Under the pieces are notes generated by a model. The model did not search any database. It was not told the DNA's origin and saw only the letters and a list, made by a program, of their open reading frames with translations. A stretch of DNA of 64,000 bases, from contig OX597824.1 of NCBI GenBank assembly GCA_951406725.2, positions 56,420,001 to 56,484,000 of the forward strand, written 5' to 3'. This DNA comes from Octopus vulgaris (Eukaryota). Within the stretch, counting starts at the first letter, position 1. The number at the start of each line of letters is the position of its first letter. A program made the translations under genes and the position numbers. Of the stretch, positions 27,301 to 41,315 are shown one piece after another.

Positions 27301-28199
27301 AAGCTGGAGGAGCCAGATGACCAGTAAGTGGATGCTGGACACAGCTGATATAGGCCATGAAGAGGACAAATGAGCATTTGCTTGAGAGCCATCTTGTAGA
27401 ACACTGATGGAGAGATACTGTGATGGAAAGGTTTGGTGAAATTATTATTTAATTTTGTTGTATCAGAAAACAAAATGAGACGATTTCAGATGAAAAATGG
27501 TTTTAACTCTTTGTGGTTGATTTTAAATTAAGACAACTGAATACTGTTTATGTATGGGGAATCTCAAAGCAAATAAAACTGTAAATAATGGTATGTAAAT
27601 ATTGTGTTACAAATCCTTTGGCTAGAAAAAGTTGAAGCATGTTTACAAGATTTGGGTTTGAGTCCCACAGGCAACGTTCAACTTTTTCTATCTAAAGAGT
27701 TTTTAATCCAATATTTACACTCTATTATTTATAGCTTTATTTGCTTCAAGAATTACCCTTACTAAAATGAGTTATTTCACATCCTCAAAGTTCTAAATTT
27801 GTATGAATATTATTTGTTTTTTACTTTAAAAAATTTGATGGACAACACCAAATAAGAAACTCATTTTAGAACAATTATTTCTTAATTTGAACCATAACTG
27901 TATAAAGATTCAGTTGCTTACAGTTGAGAGAACATGTGGCAGAGGAGTTCCCAGCAAGACATGGGATGATGTGATGAAGGACTCTGAAACTCATAGACAA
28001 GATGACAAAGGATCAGAATGACTGATGATATGCAGTATTTGAGAAACTCACCCAAGTTTATGAAACTGAAGTTCTAGAATTATATCTTCTAGTTCACAGC
28101 TGACCTGCTCAGAAAGCTAAACAGCAGGTGGTTAATATACTGTAGAAAAGAAGTGGAGCAGAGTAGCAGTTGTGCATGGTTACCCGAGAAAAGATATTC

Positions 28200-30110
28200 T
28201 ATTAGGAGATTGTCCCTTTCTACTGCCAATGCTCTAACTCCACAATCCTTTCAACATGACAAAACCTTTTGGGCCATCATTGCCAGGAGGTAAATGTATC
28301 TCCTTGCCAATGAGTGCATCAGCATGAGTGTCCAGATAGGAGGGGTCCCAGGCTGCTGTGTTGAACACACATAAGCAATCAGACATGTCATTAACGAAGC
28401 AAGGAGGAACAACAACTCATTCTCCACTGTTTGGTTGGCTCTTTTCAAAGCATACCCAAGTGTGCTTCACCAGCGTGCAATTGAAGTACTACCAAGTATC
28501 AACAGTAGTCAGACTCATAGTCCTATGTAGATTTGCTGAGAATGAGGTTCACTGTGGGTAGAAACTGGAAAAAGGCATTATGGCAAGGTGTACAATTTCC
28601 ATGATGGCCATGAACCTACTACTAGAGGTAGGAGGGAAGCAGTCAAAACAGGAAATTCAGTTTGATGGGTCTTTATGGACAACATAGCGGTTATGACACC
28701 ATCAATCAAAGGAGCCCAGTCGATTTGAGCTACTGGAAAAATGGTCATGCTCAAAGTTCATTCCAATAAAATCTCAGTGCCTGGATATCTTTAAGATGTC
28801 AAATGACATCTTCAGCATTAAGGGCTCTGGGTTTCTGATAATCCAAGAAAAAAGAGTCTGTTGCCCTGGGAAAAATTATAATTACACTCTAAGGATATTG
28901 GCAATGCCGAAGAAACAAAGACACAACTAGACAACTGGCTGTGGGTAGTTGATAAAAATCAGCTACTTGGGGGATTTAAGGTATGGTGCTTCCAGTATGG
29001 CATGTACCCAAACTCCAGTGGCTACTTTTACTTTAAGGCTTTGCCATGATTCGAATAGAGGCAATAGTGAGGCTGTGCAGTAAATTCATGAAAAGGTGGT
29101 TAGTTGTTGCTCTAACTTTCAGCTCAGTCAATCTGCACTGCACAACCTCTAAGCTCTGCTTACCAATTTCATCTGTGGTGGAGGAATTGAAAGGCACAAT
29201 GGCAAGATCAATCAACACATTACTTCAGTCTGGAGATGAGAAAGTCAGACATATCAACAAGATCATAAAGTGTGGCAGAAAATGGAAACTCCCAGAAGTG
29301 TGAAGGAAGCAGACATACTGAAAACACCAAGAGATTGTTAGAGTAGTCTGTAAAGGACAGCTAGGACTTGGCAACAAGTGCTAAGAGGTGGAAAAACACC
29401 AATACTAGGAGCAAGAGAGAGCTCATAGCACAAAGGGTTTGTGATTCAAGAGATTAGGATTGCCAAGGTAAGACAGTAGGACTTGCCCACCAAAGACTGT
29501 GGATACAGTGGGATCAGTCACTTGAGTATACACTGTCCTAGAATTCCGGAGCAGTGACCAGGGAAGATTGTCCTTCCTTTGTGCTGTCACTGATCTCTTG
29601 TCAACCCCAAATAAACTTAAGATATAGGACAAAGAAGAAAACCCATCCTGCAAACAGTGTGGAGCTAGTCTTTGTATCCTGAACTACTCCCAAGATGAAA
29701 GCAGTAGCTGGGGACCTGTTTTCTATTTTGCATTCAGCCTCAAGTTGGGAAATGCATGAGGACTTAAAGGGCAAACTTGTCTTCCCAGAGGAGATAATAA
29801 CATCACTCTGACCAGACAAGTTCCTGCTCTCCAGGAGCACAAAAACAATCGTTGTGGTCAAACTCACAGTACCCAAGGAAGACAGACTCGACATTTCTCA
29901 CCAGGTAAGGTAAACTAGATATCAAGACTTGGTTGATGAGGCTCTTGTCAAGGGGTGGCTGCATCCTCCATTGAAGTTGGCTGTAAAGGCTTTTCAGATA
30001 GATCAGTGCACTATGCTATTTCCTACAGAAGATAGTTCTGGAACCCTGAAGTTAACTGAAAAAGCCATCAAGATGGGCATGGCAGCTGAAACAGTCTTAA
30101 GGTGGTGATG
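28200..30110 (+). mobile_element. Highly decayed RLE-type LINE (R2/Hero-like)
   Basis: Remnants include LHCTTSKLCLPISSVVEELK and, at ~29800, SL*PDKFLLSRSTKTIVVVKLTVPKEDRL, which resembles the (L)RPD..ELTVPWEE RLE motif. Confidence 0.5.
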
Positions 30111-31109
30111 GTTGATCCTTTTATCCTTCTCTTGTCTATTATTATTATCCTACTGCTCTTCACCCTCCTGCACTGCCAATAAGGATCTTACAGCTCTTCA
30201 CCCTCCTGCTCTGCCAGTAAGGATCTTCTCTCCCTGACCTTTCCCCATAACTTATATGCATTATTGATTATTCCTTCCCCATTCACTACATTCACCCTTT
30301 TTCCCTACTTTCCATCCAATTCATATTTATTTTCTCCTTCACCTTAACACTTATTCATCATTCAATATATATGCACTCCCTACCCCATCTCTTACCGTCC
30401 ATTATTTTATTGATACATTCTTGCTACCTCTATCCAGCTACCTTTTCTGTTTTTCTGCATCAAGGGTCCACTCTGATTCCTTATCACCATTGTCTTTGTC
30501 TCTTTTTCCAGCTCCATGACAATTACAGTAATGCTTGCTTGAATAATGTGAGCATCCATGTATCTGTTATAACAACAAACCTGTTCCAACTCCTTCCTTC
30601 ATATTCTAAGCTTTCTTCACCTACCATAAATCTACCCTCCACCTCTATTCTGTAGCACTATTGAAAAATCTATCCTACCACAAATAATAATAATGGAAGA
30701 GCACAGTGTGATTTGTAGAAGAGATTGTTTAATAAGATTGTTTATTTAATGGTTTGAATAATCTCTATTACAAATCACATCACACTCTTGTCTATTTACC
30801 TTTGTGAAGAGTTCCACCAATCTTTATAAATTAATATTAATAATCATTATCATCATTATTTAATGTCCGTTTTCCATATGGCATGGGTTGGATGGTTTGA
30901 CTGAAAACTGGTAAGCTGGGGAGCTGCACCAGGTTTCAATCTGATTTGGTATGGTTTCTATTGCTGGATCCCTTCCTAATGCCAACCATTCCAAGAGTGT
31001 GGTGGGTGCTTTTTACGTGCCACCACCATTGGCCATGACTACGATCTCACTTGGTTTGACAGGTCTTCTCAGGTACAGTATATCACCTAAGGCCTTGGTC
31101 ACCTGTTGA

Positions 31110-33968
31110 AAACTTGTGGATACCTATGGTTACAGGCAGTAACCCACTATCCACATAATCCCTACCAGGAATAACACCGAACCTGAGACAAACCAAAATA
31201 ATAATAATAATAATCAAACAAAAGGTATCTGCCAAAGCTGCCCGCATAGCGAGGTATGAAAAGCGTGTTAGATTTTTCAAGGACAACAACATGTTCAAAA
31301 ATAACCCCAAGAATTTTTACAGGAAGATAGGAAAAACAGCGTTTACTGCAAGGTCTGTACCATCAAAAGAAGAAGTGCAGGGATTTTGGAATAAATTTGG
31401 GCAGAAGAAAAAACACACAACGAAAAGGCCCCCTGAATTGACAGAATATCTACAGAACTGGACCCCTTAGAAGAGCAAAAGTGGGAGGGTGTCAAGGTAG
31501 AAGATATAAGATCTGCTCTCAGGAGGTCAAGCAAATGGAAGTCTCCAGGAAAGGATAAAATTCCTAACTTCTGGCTGAATGCCTTCCCAGAGAGCCATGA
31601 ACTGCTAACAGAACTGTACAATGATGTTTTGCAACATCCTAGTAGGATGCTTCCTTGGCTAGTTAATGGGTTAACATTCCTGCTTCCAAAAAGTGAAGAA
31701 ACAAATGAACCAAAAAACTATAGACCCAGAACCTGCTTAACAACTATGTACAAAACGCTAACATCTGTCCTTATAGTTTTTTAACAGACAGCAGCATATT
31801 CCCTAATGAACAGAAAGGATGTAAACGTGGATCCTATGGCTGTAAAGATCAACTACTCATCAATAAGATGATCTTAGAAGATTGTCACAAACGACACAAA
31901 AACTTATCAATAGCCTGGATAGACTATAAAAAGGCTTTTGATGGCCTACCACATAGCTGGATTAGGAAATGCCTGGAAATGTATAAGATAGCACCTACTC
32001 TGCGAAACATTTTGACTGTAAGTATGAGATCATGGAGAACCACACTAACTCTGAACAGTGACAATGAATCCCTAAATGCTGGTGATGTAAAAATTTTGTG
32101 TGGCATTTTCCAGGGTGACTCACTGTCACCACTCCTCTTTTCTTTAGCCTTAATACCTCTTTCAAAACTGCTCAATGATGCGCTGTACGGGTATAAAATG
32201 TTTGATAAAAATATAAATCATCTCATTTACATGGATGATTTAAAGCTTTTTGCAAAAAATGACCAACAACTCAAGGGCTTACTAGCAATAGTCAAACAAT
32301 TCAGTGACGACATCAGAATGCAATTTGGCCTCGATAAATGTGCAAAAGCTACCTTTATCAAAGGAAAAATGACAGAAACATCTAACGTTAACCTTGACCA
32401 GCAGAATGTCATAAAAGAACTAGACCCAGCGGAGAGCTACAAGTACCTAGGGGTAATTGAAGGGAACGGAATAAGGCATTCAGAGATGAAGGAAAGGATC
32501 AGGAGAGAATGCTATCGAAGAGTGAGAGCAATACTCAAGACAGAGCTGAATGCAAGAAACAAGATCGAAGCGATCAATGCATTAGCCATACCAGTCGTGA
32601 CTTACAGTTTCAATATCGTTAACTGGTCAATTACTGAAATATGTCAGCTCGACAGAAAAATAAGAAAACTGTTAACAATGCATAGAATGCACCACCCTAA
32701 GGCAGATACAGAACGACTTTATCTGCCAAGAAAAGAGGGAGGCCGTGGTCTTTTGCAACTGGCAATAACAATGAAGATTGCTACAATTGGCCTAGACACC
32801 TACCTGAAAAAGTCTGAGGACTGGATGTTAAAATTTGTCTCAAAACATGAAAACAAGAAGGCATCATACTCAGTAACAAAACAGGCAAAGGAATATCTAA
32901 GTGAACTCCAAATACAACAAATTTCGGAATTAGAGATAGACAAGCACAGAAAAAGCTAGGCGCATGAAAACCCGTGCCAAAACTGTGCCTTAGATATTCT
33001 GAATAATAAATGGCAAATACCCAAAGAGAGCGAATAATGCAGATATTGACAAAGCCCTGACCCATCAATGGCTAATGGCCTCTGGCTTAAAATCTGAAAC
33101 AGAAGGGTTTATCATAGCAGCGCAAGATCAATGCCTACCAACAAGAAACTACCAGGCCAACATATTAAAGAACGGCAGTAGCCCAACATGTTGTGTATGC
33201 CGACAACAAAATGAAACCATTGATCATGTTGTCTCCAAATACAGTCTTCTAGCGCCTACAGAGTACCTCAACAGGCTTGATAGAGCTGCACAATATATTC
33301 ACTGGGTAATTTGCAAAAACCTGGATTTGCCCCATGAAAAAAACTGGTGGGAACACAATCAACCTCCAGTGCTTGAAAATGACCACATCTCACTCCTCTG
33401 GAACTTCACCATTCAAACTGACAGAAAGATAGATGCAAATAGGCCAGACATCATATTGAAAGACTTCAGACAAAGAACACGCCTCCTCATTGATATGACT
33501 GTCCCAATCGATATAAACGTATCTGTCAAGACCTCCAAAAACTGAGCAAATATAAAGATCTTGAAATAGAAATCAGCAAAAAATGTGGAACCTAAAGACT
33601 AAAACAATACCTGTTGTCATAGGTGCCCTGGGAATGATAGCGAAAGGGGCTGATTGCTACCTAAATCAGATACCAGGAAACCCCAAAATGGCAGAAATTC
33701 AAAAGATAGTGCTCATGGGAACTGCTCATATCCTACGCAAAATACTCTCTATGTAATCCTAAGGTTTAAAACAAACTTTTTTTTTTTTAAATTTATTTAT
33801 TAGACATTCACTAGTACAACACAAAAAAACCCCAAATATATGGCATACTAGGCATAACAACAACGTGAACTTCCAACCTGTTGTCTCTTGAGGTCTCTGG
33901 GTGAGACTTGGAGCCAACTTGTACAGACATAAAGCAAAAGTCAAACATAGAATAATAATAATAATAAT
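31110..33968 (+). mobile_element. 5'-truncated Dong/R4-clade LINE (RT + zinc finger + restriction-like endonuclease)
   Basis: Motifs include [58 protein letters not shown] and NRPDII..LIDMTVP. It ends in a (TAA)n tail and carries several frameshifts. Confidence 0.9.
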
Positions 33969-34249
33969 GGCTTCAGATCTTAACTGATTGGAAGTGTTAC
34001 TATGTACATGATTTGTGTTAGTATAAGAAGTGGGCTACAACAAATATACTGCTCAGTACCACAGATTTGCTTGTCAGTTGTTTGACCGTAACCGGTTGAG
34101 CATTTCCCTTAGTGGCTGATGATATGTGCAACTTTGATCATAAGCTGGACTAGTTGAAGCATCATGACCATGTGTTCAAAGGAATTCTTTGGGGTTTGAA
34201 TAATTCACCTCTGGAAACATAGGTGTTTTATTCATCATCCTTAACCCTT

Positions 34250-36620
34250 ATTCTGAGCTGTACTAAACTGGGTTTTATGCCTATTTCCTCTATCAATCTG
34301 TTCAAATCTTAACAGATAGTTCCTAATGCACCTATAACTACTGGGATACATTTTACCTGGACTTTCCATAGTCGTTGTAATTCAATAGCTAGGTCCTGGT
34401 ACTTTGCTATTTTTTTCTATACCTCTCATATTGATTTTTTTCATCATTTGGGACTGTTAAGTCAATTTTCTGGCACTCTATTCTCTTTATCTACTACTAC
34501 TAAATCAGGCCTTCTAGCATCTAATTATTCTATCAGGCTGAATGTTAAAGTACACAACATCTTATATTTCTTACTTTCTAGTACTTTACTAGGTTCATGT
34601 TCATACCATATATCTGTATGGTCAATTCCTAGCTTTCTATATAACTCTCAGTGGTTTACTCTCCCTGGCTTATCAAGTCTTTTCTTGTATTCTTTCTATG
34701 CCAGCGTGCTACATTCACTTACTATATGAGTAACACTTTTCTCTTTTGAGTTGCTTAATCGACACTGGGAATCTGTTTGGCTTTTGTCTATCTTGGCATT
34801 TATCCAATTAGTCCTTAATGCTTGATCTTGTGTGGCTACTAACAAACATTATGTCTCCCTTTTTAGCTTTCCTTTCTGCAATCATAACCATGCCTCACTA
34901 CTACTATTTGCTGCAACTATCCTTAGGAATCTACCATGCAATTCCTTATGCTAGTCAGATAACTTTTGTTCTTTTTTCTGGTTTTTAACTTCATTTCGCG
35001 TTTTGATTTCCATATGTCTTGCTGTGATTGTAGCAGCTCTTGATAAATTTTCTTCACTATTATCTGCATAGGAGGCTATATCTACTCTAGCTAATGCCAC
35101 GCAGTCTTCTACTGATATTAACCTTCTTCCATTTTCCTTTCTAGGTAAGTATAATCTTGCTACTCCTGCTCTTGGATGGAGTCCTCCATTCATATTGAAT
35201 TCCTTCCTAGTTCTGTCTGGCTTTGCTAATTCATTTTTTGTCCAATCTACAAAAGTTGCTGAGTATCTAAGTAATGATACTGCCCAAGTATTTACAGCCT
35301 TCACTAGATTTGGGCCATTTAGTTTTGATTTCATTAGCTTCCTTACCCTTCTGATGTACTCCTTCTCAATTTTTGTTTTCATTTCTATAGTTAGTACTCT
35401 GTCAGATTCTAATACTCCTAGATACTTATAATTCTCTCCTTTCAGTGATTTTAATGTCTGGCCATCAGTAAATTGGATGCCTTCACAGTTGACTACCTGT
35501 CCCCTTTTCATGACCAATATTGCACACTTAACTATGTCAAACTCTATGCCTATATCTTTGTTGAAGAGTCTTACAGTCTTTATTAAGGAATCTATCTCTC
35601 TTTCATTCTTACTAAAAAGCTTCAAATCGTCCATGTAGAGCAAATGGTTAATTTTTCTCTTACTATTCTGCCTGCTATACTGAATATACTCAAACATTCA
35701 CTTATCCATGAGTGTAGGATGTCATAGGCTTTTGTATCTGTTTCATGCCATTGTTAGATTTTTCTTTCTAGATTTTACTTCATTTAGAACTGCTTTGTTT
35801 ATGTATAATATATCATGTGTTCCTCTAGCCTTCTTCCCTCAACCTTTCTGTTCTTATGGCAGTAAATTCTGGCTGTCAAGGTGCTCGTAAATGCTTTCTA
35901 AAAGCATTCCTATTAACAGCTTCCAAACTAACGGTAAACAAGTGATTGGTCTATAATTGCTAGTTGTATTACCCTTGCTTTTGTCTTTCATAAGGAGTAT
36001 TGTTCTCCCTATAGTCATCCAATCTAGGATGATTCCTCCATTAAAGCAATCCTAAAGTTGTTCCCTCAGCCTCCCTGTAGACTTCTAAATTTCTTTAACC
36101 AGTACCCTTGAACTAAATCTGGTCCTGGGCTTTTCCAATTTGGCATTTTTCCTAACACTTTATACTAATTAGTCTTAGATCTGTTTTTTTTCCTAACACT
36201 TTATACTAATTAGTCTTAGATCTGGTTGCTTCTCACTCACTACTTCTTTCCTCACTTTCTTTAACCAAACTGTATCTCCTTTATGATTGACTGGCTTATC
36301 CCAAATATTACTCTAGAACCTTCCAACTTCTTCTACATTAGGTTTCTCATTTTCAGTACTTTCTTCTTCACTTCTCTACCCAAAGTGTTAACATCCATTC
36401 TCTATAACCCCTTCTTTTAGGTTCACTTTCTAAGTAGCACTGCATTACAATCCTGTTTACTTCTCTGGTCCACTTCCTCATCCTTACTCTATCATCTGCT
36501 GATGCTGTCTTAGGAAAACAGCTGTGGTCAGTCTGCATCTTTACTGAACCACTGCCGAGTGAGAGGCCTTCCCTTAATGGTCCAGCCTCATTTTCACTGT
36601 TACAACCAGAGTTTATATGC
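34250..36620 (-). mobile_element. Decayed Dong/R4-clade LINE, second family
   Basis: Motifs include [38 protein letters not shown] and [11 protein letters not shown], plus the N-terminal RMRKWTREVNRIVMQCY. Confidence 0.85.
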
Positions 36621-37469
36621 AAGGTAAGGTAATGTTCGTCACCATCATCATCACCACTATTATTATTCCACGTGATAGTTTCAACTTAATTTCTGTTGTA
36701 TTACTTGCTGCACTTTTGTGCTGGTGAATGTGTGCTTCATCTTTTTTTTCCTTTGGGGAATATGTTTTGTTATGGGGTTTGGTTTGAATCTTCTGTTGTA
36801 TTAGTTTTTGTATTGCGTGTTGTTTGTGCAATGCAGGTTGTATTTTTCTGTTGGGTGTCGGACTTCTATGGCACATGTTGTGGGGCTTGTTCATTTTATT
36901 GGGTATTTACGATAGGAGTTTATTTGTGTATGTTTTTGGAGGAGTGTTGCATAGTAGTGTGTGTAAATCATAAATCAACCATTTCATTGTATTCATGGTT
37001 CTTTTTTTTTGGTTTTATTATGGATCTGTCTTTACAGCATTTACTTTTTGACAGAACACTGCTGTTGGGCATGTGTTAATGTTTCTTTCGTATTTGTAGT
37101 TATTATTGATGTATAAGTGAGAGACTGAGAAGAAACAGCAATGTGCACATATATAGAGGATTTGTATAGATATAGATGCATATGTGATTAAAATTTTACT
37201 CACTCATTTGCAGTTTTTGTATAGAAGTACTGTAGTCCATATGTTTACATTTTCACACATGTTTTGCTCTGGCAGTGCGTCTGAGGGAAGCTATTTTTTG
37301 TATATATATTTATACTCTATATAAGAAAAATCTTTCAGTTTCCTGAGATGGCTCACATTAAAACATGGTTTTCTTTCATTGTTTTTGCAGATTCTTAATT
37401 CCTGCTTTGTGATGGTTTCAGATTTGATACTAAATCCTCTGGGATTTCCTAATCCAAACAGATCAGGTG

Positions 37470-38080
37470 CAAGATTATATCAGACCGGACCTAGTGGTTG
37501 TCGCCAGATGTATCACATGTGCTATATAGTTGATGTTGCATGTCCCTTTGACCCACAAATAGTCAAGAAGGAAGGCAAAAAATAGATATATACAATCCTC
37601 TTAAGTACGAAATAGCCTGGCTGTGGAAAATGAAGGTGAAGATATTGCCAATTATTGTTAGGTCCTTGCAGACAGTATCAGAAGGCATCTAGTGGAATAG
37701 AAAGGAAATCAGAATAGAGTGCCCAGTAGAACTGTTACAAAAGGTTTGCCTCCTTGGCACATCATCATCATCGTTTAATGTCCGCTTTCCATGCTAGCAT
37801 GGGTTGGACGATTTGACTGAGGGCTGGCAAACTAGATGGCTGCACCAGACTCCAATCTGATCTGGCAGTATTTTTACAGCTGGATGCCCTTCCTAACGCC
37901 AACCACTCCAAGAGTGTAGTGGGTGCTTTTACATGCCACCAAAGCATGAGAGCCAGTCAGGCGGTAGCCAGAATAATTAGGAAAGTATTAGATAGTTGAA
38001 AAGAACAGATAGCATGGTACTTTAAGAGTCATAACAAAACCTGAGATAAAAAATAAATAATACTGCTACTAATAATAAAT
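37470..38080 (+). mobile_element. 3' RLE fragment of an R4/Dong-like LINE, interrupted by an RTE-tail repeat
   Basis: Remnants include RPDLVV, IVDVACPFD and PIIV, with a (TAA)n-like tail and an insertion at 37760-37965. Confidence 0.55.
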
Positions 38081-38559
38081 TAATGAAATATTTTTGTATT
38101 TTTATTAATAGATTTTTTTTTGTATTTTTACCAGTAAATTTTTTTTTTTGTATCTTATAAAAGTATTTTAATATTAAGCAAGCTGATATTGAAACAACTA
38201 AAAATCCTATAAGTTAGCTGCAGCACATCGACAGAAAAATATTTTTCTACCAGCCACCAAACAAATACCAATAAAAAGTAATGCTTCCTTTTTATTACAT
38301 AGAATATTTAAATAGTATAGTCAGTTGCATGAACAGGACTTATTTTATCAGCCCAAATGATAAAAACAAATTCAACTCCAGATTTGAACTTTGAACATGG
38401 AAGAATAAAATAAAATATATAGGATTCTAAATAAATAACTAGAGTCATATCCTTATTGTATTTTTTCTTTTTACTTGCTGGATTTGGAGGAAGATGCAGT
38501 ACACATGGCCTTTGCAGGCCCTCCTAGTAGGGTGAAATTATACCATTAATATTCCACTT

Positions 38560-39430
38560 AAACTCTTGTAAGTTGATACCTGCAAAAAAGACATAAACAG
38601 AGAGGGGATTCCTAAAAACTTGTGATCTAGGAAGAACTGGGTATAATGGTTAGTGTGAAGATGGTGGTTGGACACAACAAAGGTGGAAAGATGAGTGGAT
38701 TAGGAGTGCCTGATTAGAGGTAGTAGGAGACTATCCAGCTCTGAGAAACAAAGGCCATCATAGTTGTAGTTGAAAAGGCAGGAGGAGGTTGGAGTCTCTG
38801 TGAGTGATTTTAAACCATTCAAGTCAAGTGATCTTAGTCAGGATACAATTTTGGATGTCTGTATTTGCAGTAGCAATACTTCATTGTAGGTTTCATTTGA
38901 ACTCTGTAGAGTATCAGCAATTGTTAGAGGCTGAAGTAGTTTCTAATCCTGAGGAGAAAGTGAGTCTCTGGATGTGCTTATAGCTATGTTAATGATATAC
39001 TATCACTGAGAGAGATCCTCATTGATAGTAAGACCTTACAGTTAAAGTGGCAATGAAGATTCTAGTTAAGGTTGAGGTTAGATATGACAATGTTTTTTGA
39101 TAGTGTTTGTGTATTTTGCTGTTGAAAGAGAGATGAGTGGCATGGCTCCACTTGAGGATGATTTTGAGGTTTTCATTCATGGAATCAGTCTGGTCTGATG
39201 CATGAATGATGTGTGGTTGGGCAAGGTTTGAAAAAAACAGATGGTCATATTTGTGTGTGCAACAGCACAAACATGAATGTGATGACAAGTAGGTCAATGA
39301 TGTATAGAAGAAAGGTGGGAGAAAACCTAAACCTTGAGTTACAGCAGAGTTTGTTTGAATGGGAGATAGAAAGAGCTCTGTTAATACACCATAATTGTGT
39401 GATATGACAGGAAGCTGCCTATCCAAGAGG
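38560..39430 (-). mobile_element. Very old CR1/Jockey-like RT remnant
   Basis: Weak remnants only: VTQGLGFLP.FF and ILKWSHATHLSFNSK. Confidence 0.35.
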
Positions 39431-40102
39431 TGAGAGAAAAATGAAACTCATAAGTAAAGTAAATTAGATCCCATTACAGTCTTTTTGGCAGCTTGGGATG
39501 AGAATCAAACTGATCAGATTTGTTGCTAGATAACAATTTATCAAAATTAATTAATTTTTTTAAAGTTGTGTTCTGTTACCAAGCAATAGTAAAATAGTAA
39601 CAGAAGACTACTTATTAAAATGAATGTAGATTGTGCCAGGCACAACTCAAAGCCTGATGCAAGAATACAATTTAGCATAGTTAAATATATAGTTATGACT
39701 CTTTATTTATTTAGCCATAGCTCATGATGTGTTGGTTCATTAGCTCCTGCTAAGCAGTTCTCCTGAGATGTGAATTTAAATTCATTGAATTTAAATATCT
39801 TAAGTTTCTCATCCTTGAATGGCAAATTGGAATAAATTTAGTTACTATTTTGATCTGTGATATGAATAAAAGGAAGGTAGGATTAGTCAAAAGAGTTGAA
39901 CACTTGATTAAAGGCACTAATTTTATTTATGGGGTGAGAGTGCTAAACAGTGAAACATATAAATGCAATGTTATTACCAGTTTGAATATGCTAAAAACAT
40001 GTTTGAACTTGTAAACATTGTGTTTTGTCCTGGAGAAAATTTCTCACTGTAGACATCTGGTTTAAATACACCCAAATCAGCTCACAGTGCCACCTATCCA
40101 GA

Positions 40103-40150
40103 CTGTGAGATGCAAGCATTTCAGAGTAGTTATCTCTTCTTCAATCACAG
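40103..40150 (-). ncRNA. Hammerhead motif with C3>U core change
   Basis: Minus strand reads ctgtga TTGAAGA agag-ataacta-ctct GAAA tgc-tt-gca TC tcacag. Confidence 0.6.
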
Positions 40151-40558
40151 AAACCAGGCAGTGGCACTGCAAGCTGATAAGAGAAACAATCTCTCATGTT
40201 TTTCCAGTAAAAATACATTGGTTGGTAGTGCATAAATAAATTAGTGTGTAAATAAATTATAGGGTAGTGCGTAAATAAATTATAGGGTGAGAGTGCTAAG
40301 CAGCGAAAAGTATAAATGCAATGTTATTACCAGTTTCAATATACTAAAAGCACATTTGGACTTGTAAACAAGCCATTCACTGAGTTTTGTCATGGAGAAA
40401 ATTATTTTTGCATTTATACTTTTCACTGCTTAGCACTCTCAGCCCATAATTTAATTGTGATGAGCCATCGATTTGTGCTACCAGCCAGCGTATGTTGACT
40501 GGAAAAACATAAGAGAAATTGTCTCTCTTATCAGCTCGCAGCACCACTGTCTGGTTTC

Positions 40559-40604
40559 TGTGACTGAAGAGGAGATAACTACTCCGAAATGCTTGCATCT
40601 CACA
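40559..40604 (+). ncRNA. Intact type I hammerhead ribozyme motif, sense to the GXYLT pre-mRNA
   Basis: Sequence reads tgtga CTGAAGA(40564-40570) ggag-ataacta-ctcc GAAA(40586-40589) tgc-tt-gca TC tcaca. AUC cleavage would follow 40599. Confidence 0.85.
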
Positions 40605-41180
40605 ATCTGGATAAGTAGTGCTGCAAGCTGATTTGGGTGTATTTACACCATATGTCTACAGCAAGAAATTTTCTGCATGACAAAACACAGTGAATGGCTT
40701 GTTTTCAAGTCCAAACGTGCTTTTAGCATATTCAAACTGGTAATAACATTGCACTAATTTTACACCTGCCTTTCATCTCTTCAAAAATAAATGAACTAAC
40801 TACTAATAATTGATGCAGTCAAGTTGTGTCTTTTTCATTTAAAAATGTTAAAGAAAACAACCTTTTGAAATATTTCGCTAAATTATCAGAAACTAAAACT
40901 TAACTTCTGTCATAACTTATTCATAGCTATCCAGTAAACTAAACATCTATTAAGACTTTTGAGGTTTTAACCTGCTACTGTAAACCTAAAAGTCTGACAA
41001 TGAAAGTTTAATAAATTCAATTGCTGCCTCTTCACTGTCTAACTGTTTATACACTAATCAGCAAGCTATCTTTCAGCTTATCTTTTGGTAATTTTTACTA
41101 TCAGTCACTCCCTATTGACCAACATTATTAATAAATTTGAATATGAGAAATTTTATTAATATGTATAAATTGTTTTTTAG

Positions 41181-41315
41181 CTTGACTTCTGGCCTGATTC
41201 GTTCCGTAATAAAATTTTCTACCGAATATTTGCAATTCAATATCCATCTGACCAAAACCAAGAAGAATGGTGGAAATTATTCAAGCCATGTGCATCACAA
41301 CGTCTGTTTATTCCG
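41181..41315 (+). CDS. GXYLT1: Glucoside xylosyltransferase, exon B
   Basis: Acceptor is ttttttag, donor is gtaaat, and the exon is 135 nt in phase 0/0. It encodes LDFWPDSFRNKIFYRIFAIQYPSDQNQEEWWKLFKPCASQRLFIP, with the EW.KLFKPCASQRLF.P hallmark. It is missing from the ORF track. Confidence 0.92.

Larger units (their letters stand above)
39931..40752. mobile_element. Retrozyme-like ~350-bp repeat: one full unit, one partial tandem unit and one inverted, circularly permuted unit
   Basis: The unit start GGGTGAGAGTGCTAA occurs at ~39932 and ~40285. The reverse complement of 40406-40752 is one complete permuted unit. Each full unit carries a hammerhead. Confidence 0.75.

Noticed and set aside
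30697-30810. Imperfect hairpin followed by GTGAAGA
   Set aside because: It is too degenerate to call a hammerhead or a miRNA.
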